Below are positions 1-17,105 of a DNA stretch of 64,000 bases, piece after piece. This DNA is from the human T2T-CHM13v2.0 reference genome, Homo sapiens: the NCBI RefSeq assembly GCF_009914755.1, contig NC_060932.1, one strand, 5' to 3'. Each line of letters opens with the position of its first letter. Positions within the stretch are counted from its first letter, which is position 1. The position numbers and the translations under genes were made by a program. Under the pieces are notes generated by a model. The model was not told where the DNA came from. It worked only from the letters and a program-made list of their open reading frames with translations, and ran no database searches.

Positions 1-649
1 TCCTGGGTGGGGATACTTGTCTGCTAAATTCTGAAGGAATTTATTAGCTTCTGTGAAAAGCAAGGTCCTTTTTCTTCTTGGTGATGTTAATATTTTAATA
101 TATTCAGTCTCAGTAATATGGTAGGGAGTGTGAAAGGATTCTTTTCCTGTGGTTTTTCTCCATCTACAGAGGAGAGAGACAGCTTCCTCAATGCTTCATA
201 AATTCTGAGAGTTAATGCTGGTGGGCCCTCTGCATCTCAGGAGAAGAGAGACCCGTGTTGCTGGGGAAAGCTAACAGCTGGGCCACAGTCATGACATTTT
301 GCCTTATGATGTGATTGGCCAAGGGCCCAGGTCGTTTATGCTCATATTGAACAGTGAATTGGAGGATAAGACCTGAGAATGACTCTTGTTTAGAATTTAT
401 TTTCTAGGCTCTCCAAGTGATTTTCAATTAATGCATAACAAATCTTTCTTATTGTATTAAGTAATCATTACAGAATTCTGGCAAGATGGGTGTTACTATT
501 CACAGAATCATAGTATGTCAGAACTAGAAGGTGACTACCCCTTCTCTCAGTGGATTGGGATACCAAAGTCCACAGAAACCAAAAAGGTCTTGGGCCAAGG
601 TCACACAATGAGTTAGATACAGTCTAGGAATGATAATGCCTAGGGATAG

Positions 650-1170
<521 letters not shown>

Positions 1171-1219
1171 TTGTGACTTTTCCACTTTATAGCCTGTCAT
1201 GGGCAGGTAACTTTCTATA

Positions 1220-1555
1220 TCAGTGTATTTCATTTTCTTTATTAATCAACCATTGCTGTTTACAAACAACCACACTTTTCATGGCATAAAGGTCAGCATT
1301 CATTTCTCCTTCATGAGTCTGTGAGTTGACCGGGCAGCTCCACTCTATGTGTCTCTTCTTCTAGGACAAGATGGCTAGTGAGCATGTGTTCTTCTTCTGG
1401 TGAGGTTGGTCCCTACAGGTCGGTCAGAAACATGCAATGCCTTTTGAGGCCCAGGCCTGGGACTCACACATAGTCACTTTTGCCACATTCTATTCAGTGA
1501 AGCAAGATACAAGGTCAAACTCAACATCAGTGGGGCAGGAGGCCTACACCCGCCT
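1220..1555 (-). mobile_element. Old MaLR LTR (MLT1G/H-like), degenerate
   Basis: MLT1-like blocks, e.g. gtcacttttgccacattctatt...aaactcaacatcagtgggg. Boundaries approximate. Confidence 0.55.
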
Positions 1556-1624
1556 GCGGCTGCCCTGAGACTTGTGCGTCAGTGCAGAGATGGGCCATCA
1601 GTGCGGCATGCCTACACACCATAG

Positions 1625-1880
1625 GCCATGAGATCATGAATTCTGGAGCCAGGCTGCTGGTTTACATTCCAGCACTTTCTCTTCCTAGCTGTGTCGCCTT
1701 CGCTGAATGATTTAACCTTTCTATGCATCGATAGACTCATCTGTGAAATAGGGGATGATGACAATATCTATTTTATAGAGTTGTTAAAAGAATTAAAAAC
1801 ATATAAAGTGCTTACAATAGCACCTGGCACATAGTAAGTATGCAATAAGCATTAATTGTTGTTATGGTTGTTGTTGTTAT
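1625..1880 (+). mobile_element. MIR SINE
   Basis: MIR core ctcatctgtgaaatagggg and MIR 3' end aaagtgcttacaatagcacctggcacatagtaagt. Confidence 0.8.
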
Positions 1881-3189
1881 TTGCCAGACTGCAAATAAAT
1901 GTCTAAGAAAAGCATCTCATGCTGGGATGTAAGCCCTGGATTGGGAGCTGGGCCACTGGGTTTTGAATTCCAGCTCTGCCGCCCAGTGTGGTGGGACCAT
2001 AGGCTTTCTATATTTCCAGAGACTAAGTGAGCTCCCTTAGGACATGAGCTTGATGTCCAGGCTCTCTATGGCCTGGTCCAGGCAATGCTCCTGATGATTT
2101 CACCCCACGCTTCCAATGCTCCAGCCTCCCTAATGGATTATACTTCTTGAACCTGCCACTCAGTCCCCTCCCTATTTGCTCTTTTCCAATTGCTGTAGCC
2201 TCAGATGTCCAACTTTTCTGGGGACCAGAGCTTGATGCATCATGGGTGCTTGACAATATCTGTTAACTGATTGCTGCTTCCCACAATCTAGCTAAGGTAA
2301 CTCTTCTAGGACGTCTGTCATGAACATTGCAGGCTAGCAAGTACCTTTTTGAGTTCTCTTTGGCCTGGTTAATGCTCAGTCACATGCCAGCCATCCCCAT
2401 GAGCATCATTTCCCAAAAAGCACTCCCTGTCGCCCACTTCTCTGGCCCATGATAGTGTCCTCTCTCCTGGCACTGGTCACAGTCACAATTTTGCTGCATG
2501 TTTTTACAATTATTTGGTTAATGCCTGTCTCTCCAATGAGACAGGAATCTCTCTGAGAGCAGGGGTCATGTCTATTTTGCCCACTATCACCAGAGCCTGC
2601 CTAACACATAACAGGTCGACAGTACGATGTCAGAAATGGTACGATATTCACAGTGATATAACTGTGTGAATATTTTACCATAGCACCTATACATGGTATT
2701 GTGATTATCTGTTTATTTATCTACCTGTCCTGCTAGACCATGAAGTTTATAAATGAATTTCATGTGGTACCATTAGGTCCTTCTAGCAGCCTTGTGAGGT
2801 AAGCATTGAGAGTGTTATCATAATTTTAACCTCAAGGAAACAGGCTTAGAAAGGCTGAGGGGCTCAAGGAAGCTCAGAGAGTTGTGGTGGTGTCAGCAAC
2901 AGGAATCCATTGTCTTTGCTCCTGGCCTCGCACATGCCTCAGACAGATCGCATCTTCCTTTCTACCCAACACGATGCTCACCTCAGTAAAGGACATCCGG
3001 TTTTCACCCAGCAGCTCTGGTCACAGGTTTAGGAGTTGTCTGTGACTTCTCCCTTTTCCTCACAGGCAGAGCCTGACCAGTTACTCGTTCCTGTCAATTT
3101 CTTCCCATAAACATTTCTCATGGGCTCCACCTTGCCTCCACATTCTTGTTTGAGTCAGCATCTCTCTGAATCTATGTATTTGCCTGACT

Positions 3190-3430
3190 TTAAAGCTCTG
3201 GCTCTGATGTCAGACAGAGCTAATTCAAACTCCATTCCCCATTTATTAGTTGTGTGCCACTTATCAGCATGCTCTTAGCCTTGCAAACCTTGGTATTCCC
3301 ATCTAACAGGTGAATCTAGTCACGGTCCTTGTCTCTTAAGTCCTTCTAAGGATTAAAATAGGCAATGCATGTTAGCACAGTGCTCAGGACCCAGTAAATT
3401 CCCGACAAGTGTTAGCAGGTGTTATTGTTG
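3190..3430 (+). mobile_element. MIR SINE, degenerate
   Basis: ggctctgatgtcagacagag...ttagcacagtgctcagg...gttattgtt pattern. Confidence 0.6.
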
Positions 3431-5129
3431 CTCTGTGACACCCTATGAGAGTGTTGGAGAGTTTGTAAGGTGGAGGTTGTGCAAAAGTTGAGAAATGCAA
3501 CCTGGGAAGGGATGCCAGCTCAGCTCAGGGAGGCCCAGAGTCATCATGCAGCAGGGATGGTTGGACGATTGAAAGTTCCCATGAGAATGAAGCCAGGATT
3601 GAAGAGAACGGGAAGCATGGCGCCATCAGCCTTCTAGCTAGGTAGGAGGATTTTCTGGGAAGGAGTGTCTTTGCAAATGGAATAGTAGCCCCCCAGAGTG
3701 TGGGAACTGTCATGGAGATTCCTTTTGCGGGGGTGGTCTCATGGGTGACCCCCGTGGTCCAGGCTAACTTTCCGAATCTGTACCTCTGTGTTACAATCAG
3801 GAAGCTAAGAATAGCTTCAGTCAGGGAACTTCTTGAGGGAGTGTTGATTACAGCAGATCTTGTGGGAGAGGGATTTGGGGGTGAGTGAGGCATGGAACAG
3901 AGACCCAGGAATAAAATAAATACAATGAAAAAAAAGTTTTGTTTGGTTGACGTTTTTTCTTAAACCTAAAAAGCAAAGCTGCAGTGGGGATTTGAGTCAC
4001 TGAAGTGTGCATGGCTTCTTGCTCAGTGGTTCCCTTTCTGCCAGAGACGCAGCTCTAGCTTCAAAAAGTGTTTTGATTTCTGTCGCGCACCCATGAGCCA
4101 CTTCGAAAGCCTATCCTGTCTCCCTCCCCTCCTCTCTTCTGTAGGAAGAATGTGGTATGAGCCTCTTGTGATAATGACTAGCAAGTTCCAGGCCTTGCTG
4201 CATACAAAGGACTATTTTACGGGCTTTCCTGACTTTACATCTGTATGCCTCACATCCAGTCCTGCAAAGGAGAATCCATTATTGCTCTTGTTTTGCAAAT
4301 AAGTAAACTGAGGCTTGGAGAAATTAGTAACTTGTTCTAAGTTACCAGCTAGTAAGTGGGAAATCCAAATGTCCAGCAAGTTAGGGTAACTCAGGGGTCC
4401 CTTTGTTAACTATGTTTGCATATCTTGCCTCTTTATTGCAGGATAAAGGGAAGGACTTTCCTAGGCCCCTGTCCCCATCTGAAGGTTGGGAAAGCCAAGG
4501 AGAGCTGAGTACTTGGAGCAGTCCCTGCAGAGGGGAGCCGTGACCTGGGCTTTGTTGATGAGGCTCTGGAAGGCCTTTTGGGTTGGTGGTGATTTCACTT
4601 TCCCAGGCCCAGATAAGGGGCAGTTTCTTCATCTTTTATTAAACAAAGAAAATTAAGGAATTTTTGAGACTTTTGCTCCTGCTTCATGTGCTCCTTGATC
4701 ACAGAAAATAGACAGGAAGTGTCTGCAGGAGGCTGTGCAAACTTAGGACTGATAAAACAGAGAGGAAGACAGATACAAAGAGCAGGACAGATGTGGGAAT
4801 GGGCCTCAGAGCACTATGAGTCTGAGTTCTGATGAAAGTGGACAGAATCTTTTCAGGGCCTGGGCTGAAGGGGGCTTGAGTACTCCACCATCACAGCCGC
4901 CAGCACATTCTATCCTTATGAACTGCTTCATTTTTCCGAACAGCCCTGGACTCTGACAACTCCAAGGTAGGACCTGCATGTTTCTTGATCCTTATTGCAT
5001 TTCTAAGGCTTAACACAGATGGTGTCTAGTGCACTTATGTTAATGTGCGTTGACTTGCATCAAGAGTGAATCATGGCCAGGGACAGGATAGGGAAGCTGG
5101 GTCCGGCCTGTGTGCTGGGACATGGATGT

Positions 5130-5600
5130 GAATTGCAGAAAAGCATGGAAGTATGATATCCATCCAGGGCTCTTTCTTTTGCAACTAAAAGAATGCCAAG
5201 CAAATAACAAAGCAGAAAAGAAACTTCCGGGGTCACATAAAGAAAGAAATCTAGGATTTGGGCAGACTCTCAGCCTAGCTGGTTTCAGGTGCTCATCACT
5301 GCCCCAGTGTTGTGTCCCTCAGTCTCTTCACTCTGCTTCCTTTGTGAGGCAGGAAAAGATGGCAACCAATGGCCTTGAGCTGAATTGGTCCTAAAGTCAG
5401 AGGCCTGAGAAGAGGAGGGAGGATGTTGCTCAGTAGCTCAGGCAAAAGTGCCTAGCGGGGCTCTGATTGGTTCCACCTGGGTCATGTGTCCATCCCTTTA
5501 ACCACTCATAGTGGCTATCAGATGGCATCCTCTGATGGGCTAGGCAAAGATTACACACCTACTGGGAGTCAAAGGGGTTGAGCCACACACAAACCACAGG
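5130..5600. mobile_element. Old MaLR LTR (MLT1J/K-like), degenerate
   Basis: ctctgattggttccacctgggtcatgtgtccatcccttta block, typical of old MLT1 LTRs. Confidence 0.45.
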
Positions 5601-5876
5601 GACAGAACAGTCTTCCACTGAATGGTTCAGGATGGAGCCTCAAGAGGTGGGGGTGCTGCCCCATAAAAAAATTTTCATTTCTAACATACAACAGGCTTTT
5701 GATCTGTATTTTGGGTCTAACTAGATTAATCTGGGTTGGCATTTATTTGGCAGAGAACCAATGCTGAAAACCACTTGAAAAAGATGAACCCTGACTCCAC
5801 AGGGGTGGCCCTGTTACTGTGAGCATCTCTGCTAGCCTCATAGGCAAAAAGAACATCGATAATTAAGTGGTAGGAT

Positions 5877-6315
<439 letters not shown>

Positions 6316-6427
6316 TTATTTATTGATCATCTACTGGATGATTAATACTTTTGTGCTTCACTTCACCCGTAAGAGGCTATTATGAGCATTAAACGATACA
6401 GTAACTGTAAAGTGTATCTTGGTACGC

Positions 6428-6826
6428 TGTCTTAGTTCATTTGGCTATAACAAAATATCATAGATTGGGTAGCTTATAAACAACAGAAATTTATTACTCA
6501 CAGTTCTAGGGGCTAGAAATTTGAAGTCAAAGTTCCTGCAGATTTGGTTCCTGATGATAGCTGGCTTTCTTGTTCATAGATGGCACTTTCTAGCTGTGTC
6601 CTCGCATGGCGGAAGGCGTGAACTCTAGTATTTCCTGCCTTATTTATCGGGCACTAACATTTAAGGAAAGGGTGAGTGGCCTCTCTCAGGCCTCTTTTAT
6701 AAGGGCACCAATCCCATTCTGAAGCCTCTACCGACATGATCTCCAAAGTATTCACCTATTAATACCATCACATTGATGGTTAGATTTTAACATACTTGGA
6801 GGGACACAATCTTCCAGATCATAGCA
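6428..6826 (-). mobile_element. MLT1A/MLT1A0 solo LTR (ERVL-MaLR)
   Basis: tgtcttagt...aacaacagaaatttattactcacagttct...agatcatagca, with TG...CA termini. Confidence 0.8.
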
Positions 6827-7519
6827 CACACGTTAAGTGTTGGGAGAAACACCAGTTTGTTATTCCTGATGTTTCCTCTCTGTAGAGGGACATTCACTGG
6901 AGTAACACTCTTAGCTTCTCTCCTCCCTGATTGGTAGACTTGGGATAAGGAATTACATATCTTTAGCTCTACCTCTTACTGTTTTCTGAGGGGTGGTGGT
7001 CATGGTGGTTGTGAAGAGAGCTCTGTGGCTCCATGCTCTGAATTTTACAGGAGCAAGATACTCGTACAGGGGTAGAATGAATGAGTCTTTCTAATCCTAG
7101 ACTTCAGTGTTAGGAAGTCCACTTGCTCACATATACAAGCCACATTTTTCATTATCAGCTTTTATTAAAAAATAAATGTGACATTGTGACCAATATTCAT
7201 TTTAGTGCCTTTTTATCTCTTAATTTGTTCTTCAATTGGGTAGTGCATTGAAGACCTATTAGGCAACTTTAAATTTCAACATAATTTGGCTTTATTTATT
7301 TATTTTTTATTATTATTATACTTTAAGTTTTAGGGTACATGTGCACAATGTGCAGGTTTGTTACATATGAATACATGTGCCATGTTGGTGTGCTGCAACC
7401 ATAAACTCATCATTTAGCATTAGGTATATCTCCTAATGCTATCCCTCCCCCCTCCCCCCACCCCAAAACAGTCCCCGGAGTGTGATTTTCCCCTTCCTGT
7501 GTCCATGTGTTCTCATTGT

Positions 7520-11340
<3,821 letters not shown>

Positions 11341-11404
11341 TATGATGTTAGCTGGTTATTTTGCTCATTAGTTGATGCAGTTTTCTTCCTAGACTTGATG
11401 GTCT

Positions 11405-12417
11405 TTACATTTTGGCATGTTTTTGCAGCGGCTGGTATCGGTTGTTCCTTTCCATGTTTAGTGCTTCCTTCAGGAGCTCTTTTAGGGCAGGCCTGGTGGT
11501 GACAAAATCTCTCAGCATTTGCTTGTCTGTAAAGTATTTTATTTCTCCTTCACTTATGGAGCTTAGTTTGGCTGGATATGAAATTCTGGGTTGAAAATTC
11601 TTTTCTTTAAGAATGTTGAATATTGTCCCCCACTCTCTTCTGGCTTGTAGAGTTTCTGCCGAGAGATCCGCTGTTAGTCTGACGGGCTTCCCTTTGTGGG
11701 TAACCCGACCTTTCTCTCTGGCTGCCCTTAAGATTTTTTCCTTCATTTCATCTTTGGTGAATCTGACAATTATGTGTCTTGGAGTTGCTCTTCTCAAGGA
11801 GTATCTTTGTGACATTCTCTGTATTTCCTGAATCTGAATGTTTGCCTGCATTGCTAGATTGGGGAAGTTCTCCCGGATAATATCCTGTAGAGTGTTTTCC
11901 AACTTGGTTCCCCCCGTCACTTTCAGGTACACCAATGAGACATAGATTTGGTCTTTTCACATAGTCCCATATTTCTTGGAGGCTTTGTTCATTTCTTTTT
12001 ATTCTTTTTTCTCTAAACTTCCCTTCTCTCTTCATTTCATTCATTTCGTCTTCCATCACTTATACCCTTTCTTCCAGTTGATTGCATCAGCTCCTGAGAC
12101 TTCTGCATTCTTCCCGTAGTTCTTGAGCCTTGGTTTTCAGCTCCATCAGCTCCTTTAAGGACTTATCTGTGTTGGTTATTCTAGTTATCCATTCGTCTAA
12201 TTTTTTTTTCAAAGTTTTTAACTTCTTTGCCATTGGTTTGAATTTCCTCCTATAGCTCGGAGTAGTTTGATCGTCTGAAGCCTTCTTCTCTCAGCTCATC
12301 AAAGTCATTCTCCGTCCAGCTTTGTTCCATTGCTGGTGAGGAGCTGCGTTCCTTTGGAGGAGGAGAGGTGCTCTGCCTTTCACAGTTTCCAGTTTTTCTG
12401 CTCTGTTTTTTCCCCAT
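11405..12417 (-). pseudogene. L1 ORF1, frameshifted
   Basis: ORF1 peptides are split between 11748-12059 and 11405-11935. There is a small deletion near 11910 relative to the intact ORF1 at 36738. Confidence 0.9.
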
Positions 12418-12589
12418 CTTTGTGGCTTTATCTACTTTTTGTCTTTGATGATGGTGACGTACAGAAGGGTTTTTGTTGTGGATGTCCTTTCTGTTTGTTA
12501 GTTTTCCTTCTAACAGACAGGACCCTCAGCTGCAGGTCTGTTGGAGTTTGCTAGAGGTCCACTCCAGACCCTGTTTGCCTGGGTATCAG

Positions 12590-12680
12590 CAGCGGTGGCT
12601 GCAGAACAGCAGTGGCTGTGGAACAGCAGTGGCTGTAGAACAGCGGTGGCTGTAGAACCGCGGTGGCTGTAGAACAGCGG
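12590..12680. repeat. 17-bp tandem repeat (5.3 copies) in the L1 5'UTR
   Basis: Units cagcggtggctgcagaa, cagcagtggctgtggaa, cagcagtggctgtagaa, cagcggtggctgtagaa, ccgcggtggctgtagaa, then a partial cagcgg. Confidence 0.95.
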
Positions 12681-13539
12681 ATCTTGGTGAACCGCAAATG
12701 CTGCTGCCTGATTGTTCCTCTGGAAGTTTTGTCTCAGAGGAGTACCCGGCCGTGTGAGGTGTCAGTCTGACCCTACTGGGGGGTGCCTCCCAGTTAGGCT
12801 GCTTGGGGGTCAAGGACCAGCTTGAGAAGGCAGTCTGCCCATTCTCAGATCTCCAGCTGCATGCTGGGAGAACCACTACTCTCTTCAAAGCTGTCAGACA
12901 GGGACATTTAAGTCTGCAGAGGTCACTGCTGTCTTTTTGTTTGTCTGTGCCCCGCCCCCAGAGGTGGAGCCTGCAGAGGCAGGCAGGCCTCCTTGAGCTG
13001 TGGTGAGCTCCACCCAGTTCGAGCTTCCCGGCTGCTTTGTTTGCCTAATCAAGCCTGGGCAATGGCAGGCGCCCCTCCCCCAGTCTTGCAGTTTGATCTC
13101 AGACTGCTGTGCTAGCAATCAGGGAGACTCCGTGGGCGTAGGACCCTCCAAGCCATGTGTGGGATATAATCTCCTGGTGTGCCGTTTTTTTAAGCCTATT
13201 GGAAAAGCACAGTATTAGGGTGGGAGTGACCTGATTTTCCAGGTGCTGTCTGTCACCCATTTCTTTGACTAGGAAAGGGAATTCCCTGACCCCTTGCGCT
13301 TCCCGAGTGAGGCAATGCCTCCCCCTGCTTTGGCTCGCACATGGTGTGCTTCACCCACTGTCCTGCACCCACTGTCTGGCACTCCCTAGTGAGATGAACC
13401 CGGTACCTCAGATGGAAATGCAGAAATCACCCGTCTTCTGCATTGCTCATGCTGGGAGCTGTAGACCGGAGCTGTTCCTATTCGGCCATCTATAATTTGG
13501 CTTTATAATAATAGTAATTGCTGTTATTATTTTGCATCT

Positions 13540-13740
13540 CAGTGTTTCTCAAAGACTGATACTTTGAAACACCTCCATGAGCATAATGTGCGGGGTTGCG
13601 TGGTACTTATAAAAATGCATCTTTCTAGATCTTTCTGGGAATCTTTCTAGACCTAGTCAGAATTTCTAGGGGGCCATGATTTTTCATTTTTAACAATCAC
13701 GGCAGTAATTCTTAGGCAAACTAGCATATGAAAGCTACTG
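13540..13740. mobile_element. MER5-like hAT MITE
   Basis: Terminal inverted repeat (TIR)-like ends cagtgtttctcaaa ... tgaaagctactg, ~200 bp. Confidence 0.55.
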
Positions 13741-14159
13741 CATTTTCTTATGTAATTTCTACTAGATTTCATACAAAGAATAAAAGTTTTTTCTTTTAAA
13801 GGTGAGGAACCTCAGTTTTAGAGAAGAAAATTAATAATTAACTGCCCAAGGCCATGCTGCCACTAAGTGGCAGGATTATGACGTCTGCATCTCCTTCTAA
13901 AGCACTTGCCCTGCTTTCTCTAAATCTGGATTGTTCTGTGTCCTTAGGACTGTGTAAAGCTCTGACACTTAGAAGAAGTCTAAAAATGGTTCCTCAGTTC
14001 ACACTGGTTATAATTTAATTGGGGTCATAAGAGGCATATACATGAAAGGGGAGCAAAGAATTTGTGATGTAGGCACAAGTTCACAGATCAGGGCCATGCT
14101 CTAGAAGTTATAGGAGCTTGGCGGAGGGAGAGCTGAGACAGGCTAAACCAGAGAAATTT

Positions 14160-14383
14160 CTTTAAAATTTATTTTAAAATTAAAAAAATTTTAAATGTAT
14201 TATTATACTTTAAGTTCTGGGGTACATGTACACAACGTGCAGATTTGTTACATAGGTATACACGTGCCATGTTGGTTTGCTGCACTCATCAACCCATCAT
14301 TTGCATTAGGCATTTCTCCTAATGCTATCCTTCCTGCAGTCTCCCACTCCCCGACAGGCCCCGGTGTGTGATGTTCCCCTCCT
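14160..14383 (-). mobile_element. 5'-truncated L1PA7/8-like 3' end
   Basis: tattatactttaagttctggggtacatg...gtttgctgcactcatcaacc...gacaggccccggtgtgtgatgttcccc. Confidence 0.85.
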
Positions 14384-15258
14384 GATGGGGAAATTTTAAG
14401 AAGCCCATGGGATTTTGGATTTACCCACCAGGAATAAAAGTGATTCAGGTAAAGGGAAGTGAAGAAGAATATTCCGGTTGGGAAGATAGCCAAAACAAAG
14501 AATGGAGGCAGGAAATTCTCAGCAGCTTTTAAAACCTTCCAGCCTAGACCACATCAGCCACACAGCTGGCAGGCTGTAATGACTTGGGCCTGGCTTATTA
14601 AGCACATTTGAAAATTGGGTGAATTGCTTGATTTGGTAAAAAATTACATGGTACATTTAATCAAGGCTCCTTTAAGGAACAAATGTCATTAAACACCACT
14701 TAATTAGCTGCCCCTACAGCCTGACTGGGTGAAAATTATATCCTTGACAAACTACAAAACATTTTTAAGGTCAAATATGGAGAATAAAAATATCACTGGA
14801 TGTCCTCGGGTAATAGGTCCATAAAAGCTTGCTTCATTTTCATTCATTGAAAAGATTCATTCTGGATTGCAGCTAATCAGAACTTGATAGGCTTTCTTTG
14901 GAGCAGACTCTTAAGACCCAGCGTGTGTTGGTTTTTATGCTAAAGAAGTGAAAATAAAACAACCAGAAAAACAGGCACATGCACATTCAGTCATACACTT
15001 GTTTATCAGCCTGCTGATTTGTTATGGGAATAAAAATGGCTACTTGCTCTATTAACCCAGGATACAGTGGTATGTTATAGAGACCCAAGCTCTGGCTATG
15101 CCCAGGACAGAGAAGGCAAATCGGAATATTAAGGAGCTAAAGTGGATGGGAGTCATTATTTACTTTACTGCATTTTTCAAAAACTTCTAAGTGATGTATA
15201 ATATCCAGAAAATTGCACATATCATAAGTATACAACTTAATTTTTTTTTTTTTTTTTT

Positions 15259-15441
15259 AGTTTATAAGGAAAAGAAGCTTAATTGGCTCACTGATCTGCA
15301 AGCTGTACAGGAAGCATGATGGTAGCATCTGCTTGGCTTCTGGGGAGGCCTCAGGAAATGTACAATCATGGCAGAAGGTGATAGGAGAACAAGCACATCG
15401 CATGGCCAGAAGCAAGAGAGACGGGAAGTGCTACACACTTT
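15259..15441 (-). mobile_element. MSTB-type LTR fragment (3' part only) followed by A18
   Basis: Homologous to the intact MST LTR in this window at ~47493-47665. It ends in T18 at 15241-15258. Confidence 0.85.
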
Positions 15442-16003
15442 TTATTTTTTATTTTTTATTTAATTTTTTAATGTTCTGGGGTGCATGTGCAGGATGTGCA
15501 GGTTTGTTACATAAGTAAATGTGTGCCATGGTGGTTTGCTGCACCTATCAACCCATCAATCACCTAGGTATTAAGCCCAATATGCATTAGCTGTTTTCCC
15601 TAATGCTTTCTCCCCGAGCTGCCCTCCCCTGACAGGCCCCGATGTGTGTCGTTCCCCTCCCTGTGTTCATGTGTTCTTGTTGTTCAGCTCCCACTTATAA
15701 GTGAGAACATGCAGTGTTTGCTTTTCTGTTCCTGCATTAGTTTGCTAAGGGTAATGGCCTCCAACTTTATCCGTGTCCCTGCAAGGGATGTGATCTCATT
15801 CCTTTTTATGGCTGCATAGTATTCCATGGTGTGTATGTACCACATTTTGTTTATCCAGTCTATCATTGATGGGCATTTGGGTTGATCCCATGTCTTTGCT
15901 ATTGTGAGTAGTGCTGCAATGAACATATGTGTGCATGTATCTTTATAATAGAATTATTTATATTCCTTTGGGTATATACCCAGTAATGGGATTGCTGGGT
16001 CAA
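15442..16003 (-). mobile_element. 5'-truncated L1PA10-13-type 3' end
   Basis: ORF2 C-terminal peptide (15684-15926). 3'UTR gcacctatcaacccatca...cctaggtattaagccc and an A-rich tail at 15442-15465. Confidence 0.88.
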
Positions 16004-16560
16004 TAGAATTTTTAGAACTGAAATCACCCTTGCAACCAGCACCACCAGATCAAGAAACAAAGCATTATTATTATTAAGGGGTCCAGAAGCTCCCTGATGC
16101 TTTCTTTACATCATTCCCTCTCTCCCCACCCTATGATGGTAATTGTTGTCCTGACTTCTCTCAGGACTGACTGATTTCCCCTGCTTCTGTACTCTATGTG
16201 GATGGCATCATACAGCATGCATTCTTCTCTGCCTGGCTTCTTCCACTCAACATAGTTTGTGAGAGTCATCCATGTCGTTGAGCGTGCTTGTTCTTTGTTC
16301 CTCCTTATTGCTATATAGTGGTCCATTGAGTGAATGGGCCACAACTTCTTTACATATTTTTTGGTTCATACGTATTTCAGCAGGTTTTTTTGGTAGCTAT
16401 TATGACTAGTGCTTCTCCAAACATACCATTTATTAAGTATATTTGTGTATAGGGGTCCATCTAGGTGAAAGATTCCTGTGATGTAACATATGCGCATGTT
16501 TAGCATGAGTGTATATGACTCTTGTGATATATGTAAAATGCATTAATATGTTGATAATAT

Positions 16561-16665
16561 ATTACATATAATATGTACATTTATGTGTACATGCATAATA
16601 TGTATGTATGTTCATACATGGTATAATATATGATATCATATATGTATATATAAAAGCACATACAT

Positions 16666-16698
<33 letters not shown>
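16561..16698. repeat. AT-rich (TA)n/(CA)n microsatellite
   Basis: Read directly from the sequence. Confidence 0.9.
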
Positions 16699-17045
16699 CA
16701 GTCATGCACTGCATAATGATGTTTTGGTCAACAATGGACCACATACATGACTGTGGTCCCTTAAGATTATAATACTGTACTTTTACTGTACCTTTTCTAT
16801 GTTTAGCTATACTTAAATACAAAAATACAATTGCCCACAGTATTCAGTCCAGTAACATGCTGTACAAGTTTGTAGTCTAGGGGCAATAGGCTATACCAAA
16901 TAGCCCAGGTGTGTAGTTGGCTGTACTATCTAGATGTGTGTAAGTCGCCCTATGATGTTCACATAGTGACAAAATTGCCTAACAGTAACACTGTGGGAAT
17001 AACATTTCTCAGAATGTATCCCCAGTGTTAAGTGATCAATGATTG
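16699..17045. mobile_element. Tigger3a/MER7-type MITE (TcMar-Tigger)
   Basis: TIRs cagtcatgcactgcataatg ... gttaagtgatcaatgattg, 347 bp, preceded by TA. Confidence 0.85.
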
Positions 17046-17105
17046 TGTGTGTATATAAACACAGACACACACACACAGACACATGTATACACACACACAC
17101 ACATG

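Larger units (their letters stand above)
15170..16520 (-). mobile_element. Old L1M (MB/MC/ME-type) 3' region, split by the insertion at 15241-16003
   Basis: aagtatacaacttaa | gaatttttagaactgaaatcacccttgcaaccagcaccaccagatcaagaaac reads as continuous L1M 3'UTR across the insert. Confidence 0.65.

Noticed and set aside
3525-3893. 122-aa non-repeat ORF
   Set aside because: No recognisable domain or exon context, and the length is within chance expectation.
12590-12680. CRISPR-like appearance of the 17-bp repeat, also 61101-61301
   Set aside because: The units are head-to-tail with no unique spacers, no cas genes are present, and the context is eukaryotic.
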